A stretch of 64,000 nt of DNA from Chiloscyllium plagiosum (lineage: Eukaryota): positions 31,476,831 through 31,540,830 of the forward strand of contig NC_057720.1 in NCBI RefSeq assembly GCF_004010195.1. The letters run 5' to 3'. The position numbers were made by a program, and so were the translations under genes. This document shows, in pieces, positions 24,110-37,618 of the stretch. The notes under the pieces were generated by a model. It worked only from the letters and a program-made list of their open reading frames with translations, had not been told where the DNA came from and did no database searches. Positions within the stretch are counted from its first letter, which is position 1; the number at the start of each line of letters is the position of its first letter.

Positions 24110-24835
24110 TGACTTCAGGTATGTGGATGTCACTAGCTGCCCTGCTTTTAGTGGCCATCCCTAGTTGGCTTTTTGAGAAGGTGGTGATAAACTCTCTTCT
24201 TGAACCACTATAGTCCATGTGCTGTAGGTGGACCACAAAGTCCTTAGGGAGGGAATGCCAGGATTTTCACCTAGCAACAGGAAATATTTATTTCCAAGTC
24301 ATGATTGTGAGTGGCTTGGTGGGGAACTTGCAGGTGGTGATGTTTCCATGTATCTGCTGCTCTTGCCTTTCTAGATGAAAGTGGTCATGGGTTTAAAGAT
24401 GTCATCAAAGAATCTTGTTTTAATTTTCTGCAGTGCTTCTTATAGATGGCAGCATTATGTACTACTGAGCATTGGTGCTGAAGAGAGTGGATGTTTATGA
24501 ATGTGGTGCTAGTAAAGCAGACTGCTTTGCTTTGTCCTGGATTGTCAACATTAGAATATCATTGGAACTGCACCCAGGCTACTGGGGGTATACCATCACA
24601 TTCCTGCCTTGTGCAATGTATATGTTAGACAGGCTTGAGGGAGGTGAAGGTGAGTTACTTGTTGCAGTATTCCTAGCTTTTAACCTGCCACTATTTTGTT
24701 TTGGGTCAATGGTAACCCCAAGGATGTTGATGGTAACATCAAATGTCAAGGGGCAGTGATGAGATGGTCATAGCCTGGCATTTGTGTAGTGTGAATGTTA
24801 CTTGCCCATTTATCAGCCCAAGTCTAGATATTGTC
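24110..24835 (-). mobile_element. Old LINE 3' fragment (same family as 45600-49325)
   Basis: The reverse complement resembles 48940-49325 and 52560-53160. Confidence 0.55.
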
Positions 24836-25619
24836 CATCTTGTTACTTTTGAAATAATAATTTTAAATAATCTGCTTTTCTTTCTTCCTGCCAAAGTTAA
24901 CCTGTTTTCCCACATTTTCTGACCTATCTTATCTACAAATTTAATTCCTATGCCTTTGTTTCCTTCTAATTATTTGATAAACAGTTTTTAAAAATTGAGG
25001 ACCAGTACTGTGGAATCGCACCCTGAAAGACCTACTTAAGCATAATCTGTTTTATACCTGCCAGCCAATATTATATCCATGCTGGTAATTTACAGCTGAC
25101 ACCATGAAGTCCAAGAACAGTAAATCAGTGGGTTGTTCTTGATCAATCATGTGTGCTACTCAAGAATTTCATAAATTGGTTAATCATTAAACCATGCTGA
25201 TTCTTCTTTATTTCCCTTGAGGTTTTTAAAGTGCCTGATTTTATGGCAACCTTAATGAAGTGTAAAACATTCACCAAGACTGACATCAAGTTAACTGGCC
25301 TATGTTTTCCTGATTTCAGACTCCCTTCAGTAGAAGAGTTGTAGTTGTTGCTTCCTGGACTGATGGAACTTTTCCAGAACCTAAGATGAATTCCATCAGG
25401 ATCTGGAGACTTATCAACTCATTCCTTAATTATTTATAATTTCATCAATTCTTCTCTCTTCCCACAACTTCCTGATTTACAACTTTTACTTGGTGTCATT
25501 CTCTGCCATTTGTTTATATTCTGGTCAATCATCTGTTCTGAGATTTATCTTTTATCAAACTTCATATACCTTTCTTAACTTCTCTAGGTGAGTGTCCTCC
25601 ACCTGGAATTGTTCTTTAT

Positions 25620-26590
25620 AGTATATATTCTGACTACTTTTTTTTAAATGTCTGCTACTGTTTCTCTATTTATCTGTGCCTTGTGCCAGGCATCTTTTTA
25701 ATATGGGAATGCTGTTGCACTTGTGGCCTTTGGCACATCCAGTTCCAGTGGCAAGGGAACCTTGACAACTGGGTATCTCCCTCCTGCTATAGCCTTCATC
25801 TGCTGTCATGTCTGTTGATAGCACAAATATCTTCTGCCTTGATTGCGATTGTTTTGAAATGCACTTTGTCAAATTCCTCTCCTCCAGACTTTGCAGTTGT
25901 GGATATCCTTGCCTGGAGTTTAGAATGCTACCTGATGGTATCATTCTCTCTAGATCAATGAAACACTCTGGCCTCGACCACAGCAAGGTGGCTATACACA
26001 CAAAGGAAGATTTTCCAGCAAAGATTTTCAAACTTTGAGTAGACCTTAATGGTCATCTCCAACTGTCCCTACACATGTGAGACAAAGAAAAAATTGCTGC
26101 TGATCTTCAGGACATTGTCATCACCATAGACAAAGACTGAGTAGGTTGTTCCACATTCCAATCTCCTACTTTCCATTACCAGGAAGACCATCCCCCAGAT
26201 CTTTGCCAGGTGTTTTCTCCCAGTCTGAGGAAATACTTTTGATAAGTATCCCAAACAAACTGAACCATAGGCATGATTTTCACTGCTCAGTGACTCCAAG
26301 AGAAATGCCAAGAACAATAACCACTCTACATGGCTTTCATAAATCTGATCATGGCCTTTGACTCTATCAGTTGGGAAATGCTATGGAAGATCATGTCAAA
26401 GGCAGGCTGTTCAGAGAAATTAATCAACATTTGCTGTCTCTTCCAAACAAAATGTTGGTGACGATAATGTGACACAATCCTTTTGAGGTAAAGGCAGGAA
26501 GTAGGCATCATCCCCCATCTTTTTCCTCCATCCTAATCACCAATCTTTTCATAAAGAACAAAAGTCCCAGTGATGTGGACAAAACATAAA
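25620..26590 (+). mobile_element. Degenerate RTE-clade LINE fragment
   Basis: Broken frames resemble ISLLSITRKTI..IF.R and DLIMAFDSISWEMLWKIMSKAGCSEKLINI, the RTE RT signature AFD.V.RE.LW.IL.K.GCP.K.I. Confidence 0.6.
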
Positions 26591-27381
26591 GTCTATTGGC
26601 CTACCTCTAACCTAAATTTCAATCTGTTTTCATTCTCTCATTGTCACTAATTTAAATTTTAAATATGATCTTGGAACCACTTGAACTGAATGTTATGTTA
26701 TTATGGTCATTGGGCACCTTCACTGAGATCATTAATCGTACATGTTGCATATTAGCCTGCTCTTGGCTCCAGAATGTGGTGATTTCAAAATATCCCAAAA
26801 AACATTTCTATTAACTGCTCACCTTGGAGGCTTTTGCCCAACTTACTCCTATTCATATATGTAGAAAAGGTAAATGATATTAAAGGTCTTGAATATGGTA
26901 TCATCAAAGGAATAGGTTGTAAAACACTCTTGATTTGAACTGGTGTATTTTTAACATCCTGATGGTCAGTATTTAAGGTGGTTGAGTAATTCGTAAACAA
27001 TGGCTCAGGTGGCGTGGATGGCTCAGTGATGCACTGTTTTGTAGCACTGTAGTTGGATTGAGGTTTGCAGTAAAACCTCAGTTTCATCCATCTTGAAAAT
27101 GTTGATATGCTTTCTACAAATCCAATGCACTATATAAAACCAGATGAGTGACTTGAAATTTTGCAGAGACAGGATATTTGAACAATTTTGCGAGACAAAT
27201 TCATTTCCTGTTGGGCAGAAAGGCATTGAGATTGGATCTTGTTAGTGTAAAAATACCTTTCTACATTTGCATGTGCTTTGATAAATACTGGTAAAAATAT
27301 ATGTTGTGAATGTCACCTAGATAGACTTACTTGCCATAAGCATATCATCTAGCAATGAATAGGTTTTGAATTCCTTGACAG

Positions 27382-27479
27382 GAAGAAAGTCTGTATGTGT
27401 AAGAGAAACCGAAAAGCTAAAGAAACAACGTGAAGATCGGAGAACTCAGTTACAGGAGATAAGAGAAAAACGTGGACAG
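27382..27479 (+). CDS. KIF2C: Kinesin-13 exon 6, neck (GRKSVCVRETEKLKKQREDRRTQLQEIREKRGQ)
   Basis: gacag|GA acceptor; CAG|gtaaga donor; 98 nt; matches the basic neck helix RRKS.CV.E.EK of KIF2A/C. Confidence 0.92.
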
Positions 27480-28144
27480 GTAAGAACCCAATCAGAAGTC
27501 CAAACATAGTAGGAGAATAAATCTCCAAGTGATGTTTAATGAATCAGTTAATAATTCAATTATTAATTTGTGTGGTGGCATCCATTTCAAAGTTTTAAAA
27601 GTGGATTATTAGGCTGTTATTGCACCTACTTTAAGATTTCTGAACTGCAAAGTTTGTTTTTAAGCAGCAAATAGAAATGTCAGACATGGTTTTCTGCTTT
27701 TATTTGAGTGGATTTCTTTTTGTATTGCAATGGTATTACATTAGTTCTTTGTATTTTCTCGTACATTTCTGAAGCAGTACACAAATTGCATGGTTTCCCA
27801 GTTGATTTTAAAGCAGATTTGAGTATACCCCACTCCTGCATCAAAAATTCTTTAGTGTGCTTTTAATCTCCACCCTGGTTTCTTTTTCCTGCCTTATACA
27901 AAAAATATTGAATCCAGGCATAGCACTGGTTTTCTTTCAATTTGAGCCTAAATATGTTCCTTTTTTGTTTTTGCATCTTTTAATGGGATATGGGCATCAT
28001 TGCTGTTTGAAGATGATAGTGAGCACAGGTATACCTAGTGCTGAAGTGTTTCAAGATTTTGACTGTGACTGAACTAACAGCAAAATAGTTCCAGTCCAGA
28101 AAGTGTTAACAAGGAACTGCTTGCCTTGTCCTTCTGTGATAGAA

Positions 28145-28336
28145 GTCAAGTGTGTGATGCTGGAAAAGCGCCGCAAGTCAGGCAGCATCCGGGAAGCAGG
28201 AGAAAATACGTTTCCGGCAAGAGCTCTTCATCAAGAATGAGATGACGTTGATTCTCCTGCTTCCCAAATGCTGCCTGACCTGTGCTTTTCCAACATGCTT
28301 GACTCTGGTCTCCAGCATCTGCAATCCTCACTTTCT
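28145..28336. mobile_element. Short fold-back Penelope-derived insertion (older)
   Basis: TSD ccttctgtgatagaa at 28130-28144 and 28337-28351; diverged inverted arms. Confidence 0.8.
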
Positions 28337-30444
28337 CCTTCTGTGATAGAAATCATTGGTTTTGGAAGGAGCTGTCGAGTGTTGTAGTTCATCTTTGTAA
28401 ATGGTATTACTGTTATTTGGTGTGCCAATTGTACTACTTTGACCTAATGTTTTCAAGCTTCCTGAGTGGTGTTAGAACCACACTCATCCAGGCAAGTGGA
28501 AAGTATGTTATCACATTCCTAATTTCTACCTTTTCTTTTGACAGCAAGCATGATTTGAGATAGTCTGTACATAATTCACAGTCTTACCTGTTGTAGCTGT
28601 ATAGATGGTCTTTTTCTGTTTTGTATGTTTTTTTGCTCTGATGACCCTGACATTACTTCTAGAAGATTCCGAGATGGTGGTGATGTTTGGTGAAAAATGA
28701 CTGAATGCTCTTTTTGGAGGAGCATTTCCTGGCATGTATGTGACATGAATGTTATTTCCCACCAGCCTGAATGTCACTCCGATCTTGCTGCACATGGGTA
28801 TGGGCTATTTTCAGTTTGAGGAGTCATGCATGGTGCTAAATGTTGTGCAATCATCTGACCTTATTGAAGAAGGGTGGAAAATGAAGCAGCTGTGGGAAAT
28901 AGTTGTAACAAGGGACACCATCCTGAGGAACTCCCTGCAGCAATATTCCAGGACTGAAATAATTGACTCCAACAGCTACAACCATATTCATTTCAAGTCC
29001 TGTCATAAAAAGTGCAAGATAAAAGTCTTAAGGTTGTTGTTTTGTTTTGTTTTGTTAGAAATTTGTAAACCGTACCAATGTAAAAGAAAAACTATTATCC
29101 ACCTGTTCAAATGTTATACAACTGTGGAATTGGGACTCTAACATGGGCCTCCTGGCTCAGAGGTAGTGACATACCAGTGCGCCGCAAGCGCATAACAAAA
29201 ATTGTAGAGCACTTTATCCTTGAACAGGGATTATGCTCATCTTCCCTGTTCCAATTATATTTTGTGATGCCAAAGCAAGAGCAATAATACTTAGAGTAGA
29301 GTGTGCCTGTGAGCTAATTGTCAAGTAGACACTGAAGGTGTTACCATTTAGAATACACCGTTAGTCATTGGCTGAAAAATAAACTCAAGCATGGTAGTCA
29401 CCAAATTTAAGTTGAAACCAATGCTGTGTTTACATGTCTTTTATGCCTGCAAAGAACAGGGCCCTGGATGTAGCTTCCAGTACACACGTGTACCTCATTG
29501 CAAGCCCAACTCTCAATCTAAATTTATGCAGTATAATTCACTGCACTCGGTGCAACATTTGCTAACTAATCCAATTGCAGAGTCACTGTTAGACACTTGA
29601 ATTCTACAAGTATGTGTTAGTTCTGTTGGATCAATCTTTCTTTTTATTTGTTGTGAACAACTAAATGACATTATGATTTGCCAATCTTTGGGACATATAG
29701 CCTACATATCTTGTATCACACTGAAATTCATATGTGTGACTCAGTTCTGTGAAAGCACATCTCTTAAACTTGACAGTAACATTCTGTCAATGGCAAATAC
29801 CACTTGTGTTGCTATGTAGCTAGCTTCTCCTATTAGAGTTAGAGATGTACAGCATGGAAATAGACCCTTTGGTCCAACCCATTCATGCCGACCAAATATC
29901 CCAATCTAGTCCCAAACTGCCAGCACTTGGCCCATATCCCTCCAATCCTTCCTATTTGTATACCCATCCAAATGCCTCTTGAATGTTGCAATTATACCAG
30001 CTTCCACCATGTCCTCTAGCAGCTCATTCCATACACTTACCACCCTCTGTGTGAAAAAGTTGCCCCTGAGGTCTCATGTCTTTCCCCTCTCACCCTAAAC
30101 CTATGCCCTCTAGTTCTGGACTCCCTGACCCCAGGGAAAAGATTTTGCCTATTTACCCAAGCCATGCCCTCATAATTTTGTAAACCTTTATAAGGTCACC
30201 CCTCAGCCTCTGCTCCAGGGAAAACAGCCCAAGCCTGTTCAGCCTCTCCCTATATCTCAAATCCTCCAACTCTGGCAACATCCTTGTACATCTTTCCTGA
30301 ACCCTTTCAAGTTTCACAACATCTTTCCAATAGGAAGGAGACCAGAATTGCATGCAATATTCCAACAGTGGCCTAACCAATGTCCTGTACAGCCGCAACA
30401 TGACCACCCAACTCCTGTACAACATACTCTGACCAATAAAAGAA

Positions 30445-30661
30445 ATTCTGGATTAGTGGTGCTGGAAGAGCACAGCAGTTCAGCCAGCATCTAAGGAGCT
30501 TCGAAATCGACGTTTCGGGCAAAAGCCCTTCATCAGGAATAAAGGCAGTGAGCCTGAAGCGTGGAGAGATAAGGTAGAGGAGGGGGGGGGTGGGGAGAAA
30601 GTAGCATAGAACAATAGGTGAGTGGGAGAGGGGATGAAGGTGATAGGTCGGAGAGGAGGGT
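30445..30661 (-). mobile_element. Penelope-like terminus inserted in CR1, running into the gap
   Basis: Near-identical to the reverse complement of about 66-288; intact hammerhead core on the minus strand at 30509-30536. Confidence 0.8.
30505..30540 (-). ncRNA. Minimal type I hammerhead ribozyme motif
   Basis: The minus strand reads attc-CTGATGA-A-GGGC TTTT GCCC-GAAAC-GTC-gatt, identical to 192-227. Confidence 0.7.
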
Positions 30662-31071
30662 NNNNNNNNNNNNNNNNNNNNNNNNNNNNNNNNNNNNNNN
30701 NNNNNNNNNNNNNNNNNNNNNNNNNNNNNNNNNNNNNNNNNNNNNNNNNNNNNNNNNNNNNNNNNNNNNNNNNNNNNNNNNNNNNNNNNNNNNNNNNNNN
30801 NNNNNNNNNNNNNNNNNNNNNNNNNNNNNNNNNNNNNNNNNNNNNNNNNNNNNNNNNNNNNNNNNNNNNNNNNNNNNNNNNNNNNNNNNNNNNNNNNNNN
30901 NNNNNNNNNNNNNNNNNNNNNNNNNNNNNNNNNNNNNNNNNNNNNNNNNNNNNNNNNNNNNNNNNNNNNNNNNNNNNNNNNNNNNNNNNNNNNNNNNNNN
31001 NNNNNNNNNNNNNNNNNNNNNNNNNNNNNNNNNNNNNNNNNNNNNNNNNNNNNNNNNNNNNNNNNNNNNNN
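30662..31071. other. Assembly gap (410 N)
   Basis: Run of n characters; both flanks are repeats. Confidence 1.
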
Positions 31072-33397
31072 AAAAAGTAGAGGACCCAGCACCGATCCTT
31101 GTGGCATTCCACTGGTCACAGGCCTCCAGTCTGGAAAGACAACCCTCCACCACCACCCTGTCTTCTACCTTTTTGAGTCAGTTCTGTATCCAAATGGCTA
31201 CTTCTCCCTGTATTCCGTGAGATCTAACCTTGCTAATCAGTCTCCCGTGGGGAACCTTGTCGAATGCCTTACTGAAGTCCATCTAGATCACATCTACTGC
31301 TCTGTCCTCATCAATCCACTTTGTTACTTCCTCAAAAAACTCAATCAAGTTTGTGAGACGTGATTTCTCACGCACAAAGCCATGTTGACTACCCCTAATC
31401 AGTCCTTGCATTTCCAAATACATGTATGTCTTGTCCCTCAGGATTCCCTCCAACAACTTGCCCACCACCAACGTCAGGCTCACTGGTCTATAGTTCCCTG
31501 GCTTGTCCTTACCACCCTTCTTAAATAGTGGCACTAGGTTAGCCGACCTCCAGTCTTCCGGCACCTCACTTGTGACTATCAATGATACAAATATCTCAGC
31601 AAGAGGCCTAGCAATCACTTCTCTAGCTTCCCACAGAGTTCTCGGGTACCTGATCAGGTCTTGGGGATTTATCCACCTTTGTGTTTCAAGACATCCAGCA
31701 CTTCCTCCTCTGTAATCTGGACATTTTGCAAGATGTCACCATCTATTTCCCTACAGTCTATATCTTCCATATCCTTTTCCACAGTAAATACTGATGCAAA
31801 ATATTCATTTAGTATCTCCCCCATTTTCTGTGGCTCCACACAAAGGCCGCCTTGCTGATCTTTGAGGGGCCCTATCTCTCCCTAGTTACCCTTTTGTCCT
31901 AATGTATTTGTAAAAACTCTTTGGATTCTCCTTAATTCTATTTGCCAAAGCTATCCCTCTTAAGTATACTCCTACTGCCTTTATACTCTTCTAAGGATTC
32001 ACTCGATCTATCCTGTCTATACCTTACATATGCTTCCTTCTTTTTCTGAACCAAACCCTCAATTTCTTTCGTCATCCAGCATTCCCTATACCTACCAGCC
32101 TTGCCTTTCACCCTGACAGGAATATACTTTCTCTGAATTCTCATTATCTCATTTCTGAAGGCTTCTCAATTTCCAGCCATCCCTTTACCTGCAAACATGC
32201 GCCTCCAATCAGCTTTCGAAAGTTCTTGCCTAATACTGTCAAAATTCGCCTTTCTCCAATTTAGAACTTCAACTTTTAGATCTAGTCTATCCTTTTCCAT
32301 CATTATTTTAAATCTAATAGAATTATGGTCACTGGCCCCAAAGTGCTCCCCCAACTGACACCTCAGTCACCTGCACTGCCTTATTTCCCAAGAGTAGGTC
32401 AAGTTTTGCACCTTCTCTAGTAGGTACATCCACATACTGAATCAGAAAATTGACTTGTACATGCTTAACAAATTCCTCTCCATCTAAACCCTTAACACTA
32501 TGTTTGGCAAGTTAAAATCCCCTACCATAACTACCCTATTATTCTTACAGATAGCTGAGATCAGATAGCTGAGATCTCCTTACAAGTTTGTTTCTCAATT
32601 TTCCTCTAACTGTTAGGGGGTCTATATAATACAATCCCAATAAGGTTATCATCCCATTCTTATTTCTCAGTTCCACCCAAATAACTTCCCTGGATGTATT
32701 TCTGGGAATATCCTCCCTCAGCACAGCTGTAATGCTATCCCTTATCAAAAATGCCACTCCCCTTCCTCTCTTGCCTCCCTTTCTATGCTTCCTGTAGCAT
32801 TTGTATCCTGGAAATTAACCTGCCAGTCCTGCCCTTCCCTGAGCCATGTTTCTGTAATTGCTATGATATCCCAGTCCCATGTTCCTAACCATGCCCTGAC
32901 TTCATCTGCCTTCCCTGTTAGGCCCCTTGCATTGAAATAAATGCAGTTTTTTAATTTATTAGTCCTGACTTGTCTGTCTGTCTGATCTCTTTCCTCACTA
33001 TCTCCCTGGGTTGTCTTCCTCCACCCCCCCCCCCCCCCCCCCCCAATTACTAGTTTAAATCCTCCCGTGCAGCTCTAGCAAATTTCCCTGCCAGTATATT
33101 AGTCCCCTTCCAATTTAGGTGCAATCTGTCGTGCTGCATTATCCTATTTACCTTTCTTCTCTTCAACCCCCACCCCTATACACATTAAAGATCAATTTAT
33201 GTTATTTGTTGCAAATAAGCTGTTCGGCATGTATACTTTGAATGTAATCCTAAACAAATTGTTTTTGTATTTTTATTCCTGATTTGACTTTGCTCTGAGC
33301 ATTTTATTCTTTCTCTCTTTTCATTATCTCCTATTTTGTCTGCTACTTATTTTACTTATTTGGCTAACTCTTCTTTATACTAAATTTAGCAATTCTC

Positions 33398-33476
33398 TCT
33401 TTTTTTTCCCTTTTTTTCTCCATCTTTTCCCCTTTTTTTTTCTCCATCTTTTCCCCTTTTTTTTCTCCATCTTTTC
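33398..33476. repeat. Pyrimidine-rich minisatellite, about 3 copies of ttttccc(c)t(n)ctccatc
   Basis: Directly visible tandem units of about 22-24 bp. Confidence 0.8.
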
Positions 33477-34014
33477 AAGAACAAAAGTTTTGATCTTGCT
33501 GAAAATTGTTTGCAGTGTCCTGTTGTTTAACCAGGAGTGCACCAGTGAAATGCAACTTTTCTATTCATCAGGATGCATCTGCAGTAGTTAATCTGTTAAA
33601 GCACCTTTTTGCCTCCACCTTTTATTACTCTTGGCTATAAAAACGTTTCAGTTTTTCAGCTGGTATGGTCCTGACCTTCACCTCTTCACCTCCCAATGCT
33701 GTCAAACTTGTGCATAGCTGGCTTATGACTCTGATAATCTTTACGTTTGCAATAGTCTTCAGAGTCTGTTGAACCCAAACTAAGCCTCCAACAGTGCAGT
33801 ACATTATTTAGGAATGTCTGAATGTGCCCACCTACTACTGCAATCCTCAACCATCCATGTTTCATCTTCAGACTTCACTATTCCAGTGCTTCCCACCATT
33901 AATACTTTGAGTTTAGTTGACCAAGTCTTATTTATTGAATTCACCTAATTGAGCCCCTTTTTAAAACTCGATTATTTAACCAAGACTATTTCTATTTTTG
34001 TTTTGCTGATCATT

Positions 34015-34452
34015 TTTACCAGGATGTTGCCTGGTATGGTAGAAAGATCGTATGAGGAAAGGCTGAGGCACTTGGGGTTGTTTTCATTGGAGAAAAGAAG
34101 GTTTAGGGGTGACTTGATAGAGGTGTATAAGATGATTAGGGGTTTAGATAGGGTCGACAGTGAGAATCTTTTTCCTCGTATGGAGTCAGCTATTACAAGG
34201 GGGCATAGCTTTAAATTAAGGGGGGGTAGGTATAGGACAGATGGTACGGGTATGTTCTTTACTCAGCGAGTCGTGAGTTCATGGAATGCCCTGCCAGTAG
34301 CAGTGGTGGACTCTCCCTCATTATGGGCATTTAAGCGGGCATTGGATAGGCATATGGAGGATAGTGGGCTAGTGTAGGTTAGGTGGGCTTGGATCGGCGC
34401 AACATCGAGGGCCGAAGGGCCTGTACTGCGCTGTATTCTATGTTCTATGTCT
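34015..34452 (+). mobile_element. Young 5'-truncated CR1-clade LINE 3' end
   Basis: Open frame FTRMLPGM...SYEERLRHLGLFSLEKRRFRGDLIEVYK...FFTQRVVSSWNALP...FKRALDRHM; CpGs retained; (TTCTATG)n tail. Confidence 0.85.
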
Positions 34453-36767
34453 CTACAACGTGCCTCAAACATTTTACAGACAGCATGTACAGCAGTACCC
34501 TTTGTCCTACTCCTTCAATTCAACAGTAAGTTATGAGGAAGTCAGTTTCACAAAATAGTTTTGTTCACCTCCAGCCCTGTGGTAGTAGATATATTTTGTG
34601 AACTCCTTCCTCTATGACAGACTCCAGTGAACTCAAATCCCACTTACCTGGCTTTGAGTGCACGTTCATTGAAAACACCCACTATGGGCAGGTGCAGCCC
34701 TAGCAAACTCTGATCCTGGTTTGCTGAGTGAAATTGCAAACTCCCTGCTTTCAGTATTCAGGTTTGCTGCCCTGTTGGCTGAGTGTTAGCCATGGAGTTT
34801 TTAGGAGCTCATCTTTTAATCTCTGCAAGATTAAATGTTTTTTTTTATTCATTTGTTGGATGTGAGCATTGCTTACTTGGGTCAGCATTTATTGCCCATC
34901 CCATTAGATACAACTCAAGATATATTCGAATAGTTTTTAGGTAGTGGTGAAATAGGAATGAATGGTTGATAGCTAGAAGAAATTTAATGCTCAATACACT
35001 GCTTCGGTACTTCTCTCTTCTGAAACTTTTGGATAGACCTCTGAATACTTTTTTTTAAATTTTTATTATTCTTAGTTCAACTTTTAGTTTAGATTTTTTT
35101 TTGGTCTGGATGGACATTTTGTGGAACATTCCAAAACAGGTGGGAATTGAACCTGGACCTTTTGGCCCAGTGGTAAAGACACTATCACTGCACCACAAGT
35201 GCTGTCCAACTTTTAATTGATACTTGCCTATTCAGGGATTCAGTAGGGGGCTGTTAGAACAGTTACTGCTTTCTGTTTAATGTAGTCCTTGCCATTTAAT
35301 TAAGGATTACTTCACAGTATTGATTCAGCAAGTAGTATATAAGTGATTAATTGTTCTAACATTTAACTTTTTTTAAAATGGAATTTTTTGATGCATTTGG
35401 ACTTTAAAAAAAAATATAAATTACAGAATAAGTTATCACTTTGCAACATTTTAAGAGGCAGTTGAGTGGGTATATGATTAGGAAGGGATTGGAGGGATAT
35501 GGGCCGGGTGCTGGAAGGTGGGGCTAAATTGGGTTGGGATATCTAGTCAGCATGGACGAGTTGGACCGAAGAGATGTACAGCATGGAAACAGACCCTATG
35601 ACTCTGACTTGTACAGATCACTTCTACCCCAAAAGAGATTCCAATGATCCAAAAATGTGAATCCTTCTCCCATGCACCAGCTCCTCAGCCATGCATTTAT
35701 CTTCTCTATCCTCCTATTCCTGCCCTCACTAGCTCGTGGCACCGGGAGTAATCCAGATATTACTACTCTGTCAAGGACCTTTTTTTAATTTTTGCCTAAC
35801 TCTGTAATCTCCCTTCAGAATCTCAACCTTTTCCCTTCCTAATTGTTTAAAGTTTTGAGATACTTTCTCTTTCCAGGATAATGAAAGAGACTGAGCACTT
35901 CTAAGGACCAAAAGTGACAGCTTTAAATAATCCGCTGAAGAGTTACACTGACAACCAATTTTAGCATTGTTTATTAGTCTTGCAATCTGGCATACTTTCT
36001 TGTACAGAAGATACTTAATTTTTAATACACACGACCCCTGTTTCTGCAGACCAGAAAAATGTATGGACACATACTGCCTTGACCAGTCAGTTAGCCTGCC
36101 TGTTTTTATTCTAAACAAATCTTGGCAGTTGACTGTCAGTGAGTCCTCCATGGCAAAACCTCACCAGAGTCCACTTGCCAATCAATCATTACACTCTCCT
36201 CAAACAATAGGAATTTATTGTAGCTCAACCTGAACTACAAACCTGCAGAAATTTATTTCCCTTGTGTTGTAGTACTTGAAATTGTCCTGCTGGGTGCAAA
36301 GCAGTTTTTTTTCCAGTAAAGCTCAACTCTATTACTATCTTTTTTTTTTAAGATACTTTGACTATAACCAGCAAAGGGTTTTTCCCTGACTCAGTTCACC
36401 TTTTTTTTAAATGGCACTGTTTGATGCCACACTCCTCCACTTCCAAGAATTCAGTTCTTGTAATGATCTTGTACAGATTGTAATGAGGCCAGGAACTGAA
36501 CCCTTGGTGAAATCCAGACTAAATGTCAATGAGCAAATTTAGGTATGAGGCTTGATGGCACTGATATTTTTCCTGTCACTTTGATCAGGGGTAGTTTGGG
36601 TTGGATGCCCACGACATGAGCAGTTTCCCCCCCCCCCCCCCTCTCCCCCCTAACGTTGAGTAGATACCACTGTTTTAACTAACTGCAGCATTTTGGTGAG
36701 TGTGCTGGTTCTGGTGCATAAGCCTTCAGTGCTGTGGACAATCTTCTTCCTCCACTTCAAGGCTACC

Positions 36768-36960
36768 ATGATGTGGAGGTGCTGGTATTAGATTGGGGTG
36801 GACAAAGTCAGAAGTCACATGACACCAGGTATAGTCCAACAGGTTTATTTGAAATCCCAAGCTTTCAGAACATAGCCCTTTCATCAGGTCACCTGACAAA
36901 GGGGTTATGCTACAAAAGCTTGTGATTTTAAATAAACCTGGTGTTGTGACTTGTGATTTC
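36768..36960. mobile_element. Diverged fold-back repeat related to 13275-13462
   Basis: caccagg.tatagtccaacaggtttatttgaaat...ttcatcaggt|cacctga...aaataaacctggtgttgtg, inverted arms centred at about 36890. Confidence 0.65.
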
Positions 36961-37519
36961 ATAAAGGTAACGGGTCTGTGTATACCTGTTTTTTAAAAGC
37001 TACTGTTTGTAATTTCAAGCATAAAGTAGCCCATACGAAAAGATGAACAGTTTTAGGTGCAAAAATGATACTGGAAGCTGTTCTTTTTAAACCTTTTTCA
37101 GTAAAGCTCTGCCTGTGTTCTAGCATTGATTCTGTAGAACCTTTTCTTAATGGAATGAGTGCACAAGTAAGGCAAGCACTTATTGATATTGAAGAAGTAC
37201 TGCTGAGCATCGGTCTGTCTATTGTAGGTACATTTGCAACTCCCCTTCCAATGGAATTCCATCATTTTCACCTTGTGACATTGAGGGAGCAGTAACCATT
37301 TCCAAGACACACAAATCTCTGTCCAAAAGCATCTGCCATTGTCCTAGCTAGTAGATACTGTGGGTTTGGAAGGTTCTACTGAAGAACACCCGGTGCTGTT
37401 GTTCATCTATGGATGGTCCACATTGTGCTTACATGTATTTGTAACCAAACCTAGAATGATATAGTTTAAGCAGCTAAAACGAAGTGTCGGATTAAGCACT
37501 CTTTTCTAATTTATTGCAG

Positions 37520-37618
37520 GAATATGATGCTAGCAATCCAAACTGGGAATTCTTGAAGATGATTACAGAACTCCGAGCTACTTTAGACTCCTATCAACTT
37601 CTCTCTCATTCAGATCCT
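37520..37618 (+). CDS. KIF2C: Kinesin-13 exon 7 (EYDASNPNWEFLKMITELRATLDSYQLLSHSDP)
   Basis: ttgcag|GAA acceptor; CCT|gtaagt donor; 99 nt; PNWEF..MI.E.RATL motif. Confidence 0.93.

Larger units (their letters stand above)
29838..33130 (-). mobile_element. CR1-clade LINE, near-complete ORF2 (endonuclease plus RT), disabled, interrupted by a Penelope insertion and an assembly gap
   Basis: Minus-strand motifs include EVIWVELRNK, GEHFGASDHNSIRF, VPEDWRSANLVPLFKKG..DKPGNYRPVSLT, TSGMPQGSVLGPLLF and LYRTLVRPLLEYC, with the 3' tail at about 29840. Confidence 0.9.

Noticed and set aside
30373..31220. Long ORFs of 150-250 aa in the ORF track
   Set aside because: Artefacts of translation through the N gap.
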